A DNA stretch of 48,636 bases. Origin: Kiritimatiellia bacterium. GTDB lineage: Bacteria; Verrucomicrobiota; Kiritimatiellia; RFP12; JAAYLN01. Shown one piece after another: positions 45,928 to 48,636 of this stretch (position 1 is the first letter of the stretch; each line of letters begins with the position of its first letter). Position numbers and translations under genes: made by a program. Location: NCBI GenBank assembly GCA_017458965.1, contig JAFSZJ010000048.1, positions 1 to 48,636 of the forward strand, given 5' to 3'. The notes under the pieces were generated by a model. That model saw only the letters and a list, made by a program, of their open reading frames with translations. It did no database searches and had not been told where the DNA came from.

Positions 45928-45995
45928 GTTGATCCCCTTTGTATATGGAAGTCCGTGATCAATGTCTGATTATTCCGGGAAAACCCTGGAAGACC

Positions 45996-47048
45996 TCACC
46001 AGCCGCGCTTTTTAGCGAAGTCGATGTATTCCTTCCAGTCCTCGGGCGTCAGACCGTGTCCGCCGTGGCGGACGTGGTAGGTTGTGTTGTCGCCGGCGTT
46101 GAACTCCCAGTAGCGCTGGCGGGCGCACTCCCATGAGCAGAACTCCGCCGATGGGCAGGCCCACCAGTCCTGTTCGGCACTGCCGACGGCTAGGAGGCGC
46201 GGCGCCACGGACGCCAGAAGCCAGTGCTGGTCGAATGGCAGCTCCCAGTCCTTGCCGGCCCACTTGTCGCGGCACTGCGGCGCGAACCAGTGGGGGAACT
46301 TTGACGTGATCTGGTCGATCGTCTCGCCGCCGAGGTTGCGCGTCGCCATGCGCGCGCCGAAGAGCCCGGAGCAGGTCGGGCAGACCATCGCGAAGCGCGT
46401 GTCCGTCGCGCCCGCCCAGAGCGCAGTCTTGCCGAGTCGCGAGAGGCCGACGACGGCGAGGCGGCTTTTGTCCGCGAGGGGCTCCGTCTCCAGCCAGTCG
46501 GCCACGCGGCTCGTCGCGAGCGCCCACGTCGAGACCGCCCCCCAGGCGTCCGGCGCGCGCTCGATGCCGTCAAGGACATGCTCGTCGTCCTTCAGCACAT
46601 CGTTGTAGTTGAACGTCACGGTGCCGAAGCCATTCGAGAGGATGAGATCGACCGGCCAGCGCGAAACGGCGCCCTCGTGGGCCCTCGCAAATTCGCGGAC
46701 AGGGACATTGAAGCCCGGCATGACGAAGACGGGTACGCTCCCCTTCCCCTCCGGGAAGTAGGCGGTAGCGTTGAAGGTCACCTCGCCGAGCGGCGTCATC
46801 GTGTTGAGGGCGACCGTCTTGCGGACGGCACACGCCGCCTCAATGCGCTCCTCCTTCACGACCTCGGCCTTTGGGACGAAGCCATCGAACTTAGGCCTCA
46901 CGCCATAGACGTTCTCCTCGAAGACTTTGATAACCGCATCGCGGTCCTTGTTCAGAGGCAAGACGCCGTTCGACGGCGCGGCGTCCGCCGCGCCCGACTG
47001 CAGTAATGCGCACATGATGAAAATCGCCTTGGGAATGTTCCCGTTCAT
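45996..47048 (-). CDS. carbohydrate esterase family 15 (glucuronoyl esterase-like), secreted
   Basis: Start reassigned to ATG 47048, 4 nt after the upstream stop. Signal peptide MNGNIPKAIFIMCALLQSGAADA. Nucleophile motif VVGLSRLGKTALWAGATDTRFA and C-terminal HVRHGGHGLTPEDW. Confidence 0.8.
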   Translation of the reverse strand: MNGNIPKAIFIMCALLQSGAADAAPSNGVLPLNKDRDAVIKVFEENVYGVRPKFDGFVPKAEVVKEERIEAACAVRKTVALNTMTPLGEVTFNATAYFPEGKGSVPVFVMPGFNVPVREFARAHEGAVSRWPVDLILSNGFGTVTFNYNDVLKDDEHVLDGIERAPDAWGAVSTWALATSRVADWLETEPLADKSRLAVVGLSRLGKTALWAGATDTRFAMVCPTCSGLFGARMATRNLGGETIDQITSKFPHWFAPQCRDKWAGKDWELPFDQHWLLASVAPRLLAVGSAEQDWWACPSAEFCSWECARQRYWEFNAGDNTTYHVRHGGHGLTPEDWKEYIDFAKKRGW

Positions 47049-47052
47049 ATCG

Positions 47053-48585
47053 CTATCGGAGCAGGATCGACGTCGGGCGGAGGACGCTGAACCACTCGTA
47101 TGCGCCGATGTCGGGAAGGGCACCGACCACACGGGCTTTCCCTGCGAGGTCAAGCGCGGCGTCATCCATCCACGCAAGGGTTGCGCCCGCGTCGCGGCAC
47201 GGGCTCTTCTTCTGGAGCGTGTAGTCACAGTTTGCGGCATCCGTGAAGAGCGGGTCATAGTCGCCGACGAGACAACCTTTAACTCCGTCGGTGATGTGCG
47301 TCGCCGCCGGCCTTCCCCTGCCATTCACCGCGTTGAAATCCAACGTGCCGAAGTTGGATTCAAGGCAATTGGCAATCCGCCCGCAAGCCGCGGCGCTTGG
47401 CAGATAAACGTGCGCAAAGCGCCACGAGCCGTTGTCGCCATCCGTTAGGTTCGTCCTATTTTCGTGGAATACGCAATTCGTGACGCCGACCGACCCGCCA
47501 CCGACAACGAGTGCGCCTCCGATGTCCGACCCGGTGTTGCCAGATATGTCCGAGACGAAGTTCCCCGAAAACGTGCAATTCTCGATGGAAAGCGCCGTGG
47601 AGTTTCCGCTTGTGTAAACAGCGCCGCCGCCATACGAGCGGCTGTTTTTGCCGATTGCCGTCGCACAGGAGTTGGAGGCAAAAAGGCAGTTGCGTATGTG
47701 GCCAATGGCAGAAGAAATCACGGCCACCGCCCCGCCTCCGCACCCGTCGTTGCGGTTGTATGTCACAGTCTCGCTATTGCCGACGAAAGAACAATGATCA
47801 AGGGCAATCTCCCCGCCGTTCTGGAAAATCGCACCGCCGTACCAACCCGTAGTCCGGTTTTCCGTGAAGGCGCAGTTCTCGCACGATAGCTTTGACACAC
47901 CCGCAATCGCGCCACCGCCGTTGATGCTTGTGTCGGCGTTGACGTTGCCATGGAAAATGCAGTTCGTCGCGGCAAAGGCCTTGAGATTTCTGATGACGGC
48001 GTAACCCGACGAGTGGACATTGTTCGTGAAGAAAGAGTCATGGACCGCGACTTCTGCCGCCGTCGTGTTGCCGTATATGGCCGAACGATCCGCGATGCTG
48101 GAAAAAACGCAGTTGGAAACGATGTTCCCAGACGTCCGGAAATCCAGCGCCATTCCTGTGAATGTGATATTCGCAAATAAGTTTGACGCCGCCTCCATTT
48201 GGAAGAAGGATGTTGTCCCCTCGGTTCCGTATGTGAAAACAACCTTGGACTTGTCAGCGTCGGAACCGTCGGACTTGACACCGCGGAAAACGAGATATGG
48301 ATGTCTCTGAATCCACATGTACCGTGTGAAGACATACGGTTGTTCGCTTTCCTCGAACTCGAAGACATCGCCATCTCTGAAATATCCGGTCGAGTTGATG
48401 TTCCATGTCGTGGAGAATGTCGCGAAGTCGGCGTCGTCGGGCGTGAAGCGGTAAGTTCGCCCGCCGGTCACGGGATCGGTCGAGACGAGCGTCGCATGGG
48501 CACTTGCCGCAAAAAGCGACGCGGCGGCGAGGATACAGCCTAGACGCCGAATCCCAACTGTTTTCCGGATGTTGCGCATAGTCAT
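47053..48585 (-). CDS. secreted right-handed beta-helix protein with a 'choice-of-anchor Q'-like C-terminal region
   Basis: AAGGAG 8 nt upstream of ATG 48585. Signal peptide with AASLFAASAHA. Repeated N-x-F/GG-A-I beta-helix rungs. C-terminal CRDAG...LDLAGKARVVGALPDIGAYEW. Confidence 0.75.
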   Translation of the reverse strand: MTMRNIRKTVGIRRLGCILAAASLFAASAHATLVSTDPVTGGRTYRFTPDDADFATFSTTWNINSTGYFRDGDVFEFEESEQPYVFTRYMWIQRHPYLVFRGVKSDGSDADKSKVVFTYGTEGTTSFFQMEAASNLFANITFTGMALDFRTSGNIVSNCVFSSIADRSAIYGNTTAAEVAVHDSFFTNNVHSSGYAVIRNLKAFAATNCIFHGNVNADTSINGGGAIAGVSKLSCENCAFTENRTTGWYGGAIFQNGGEIALDHCSFVGNSETVTYNRNDGCGGGAVAVISSAIGHIRNCLFASNSCATAIGKNSRSYGGGAVYTSGNSTALSIENCTFSGNFVSDISGNTGSDIGGALVVGGGSVGVTNCVFHENRTNLTDGDNGSWRFAHVYLPSAAACGRIANCLESNFGTLDFNAVNGRGRPAATHITDGVKGCLVGDYDPLFTDAANCDYTLQKKSPCRDAGATLAWMDDAALDLAGKARVVGALPDIGAYEWFSVLRPTSILLR

Positions 48586-48636
48586 GGCTTGGTCTCCTTG
48601 CCGCGAAGGGGCGGGATGTTTGGTTAAAAAAGGGAA

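Overview
GC-rich, densely coded bacterial chromosomal window with about 40 CDS on both strands and many 4-nt/ATGA-type overlaps. I saw no rRNA, tRNA, CRISPR array or recognisable mobile element. All calls come from motif recognition by eye; no database search or computation was run.

Housekeeping genes: a 5'-truncated nnr fragment, queA, a phosphohexomutase, pgpA, dxr, folP, argH, scpA/scpB, hisG, mtnN, a long U32-family protein, and a 28-codon bS22-like gene missing from the ORF track.

Envelope and glycan functions, of a kind typical of the PVC group (inference: Kiritimatiellota/Lentisphaerota/Verrucomicrobiota-like):
- a BatA-vWA-PA14 membrane protein, and MoxR+DUF58 about 9 kb away
- a tightly coupled EPS operon: CapD/PglF-like dehydratase, exosortase-EpsI fusion, WecA-like fusion, SASA-type esterase
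- an orphan GspF
- ECF sigma + membrane partner + PqqD-like protein + large TPR protein, downstream of scpAB
- a 1446-aa DUF2341-LamG-Ig-PATR surface protein, a CE15 esterase and a beta-helix 'choice-of-anchor'-like protein

Most interesting observations:
1. An unrecognised three-gene membrane module: a ~740-aa OPT-like polytopic protein, a single FtsX/MacB-type permease and an ATPase.
2. Four near-identical sigma54-type -24/-12 boxes, each 35-46 nt upstream of an envelope-related operon start.
3. An exosortase-EpsI fusion carrying an inserted Cys4 ribbon.
4. Two unknown membrane/secreted proteins translationally coupled to argH.
5. A short shared C-terminal tail on the two beta-helix surface proteins.
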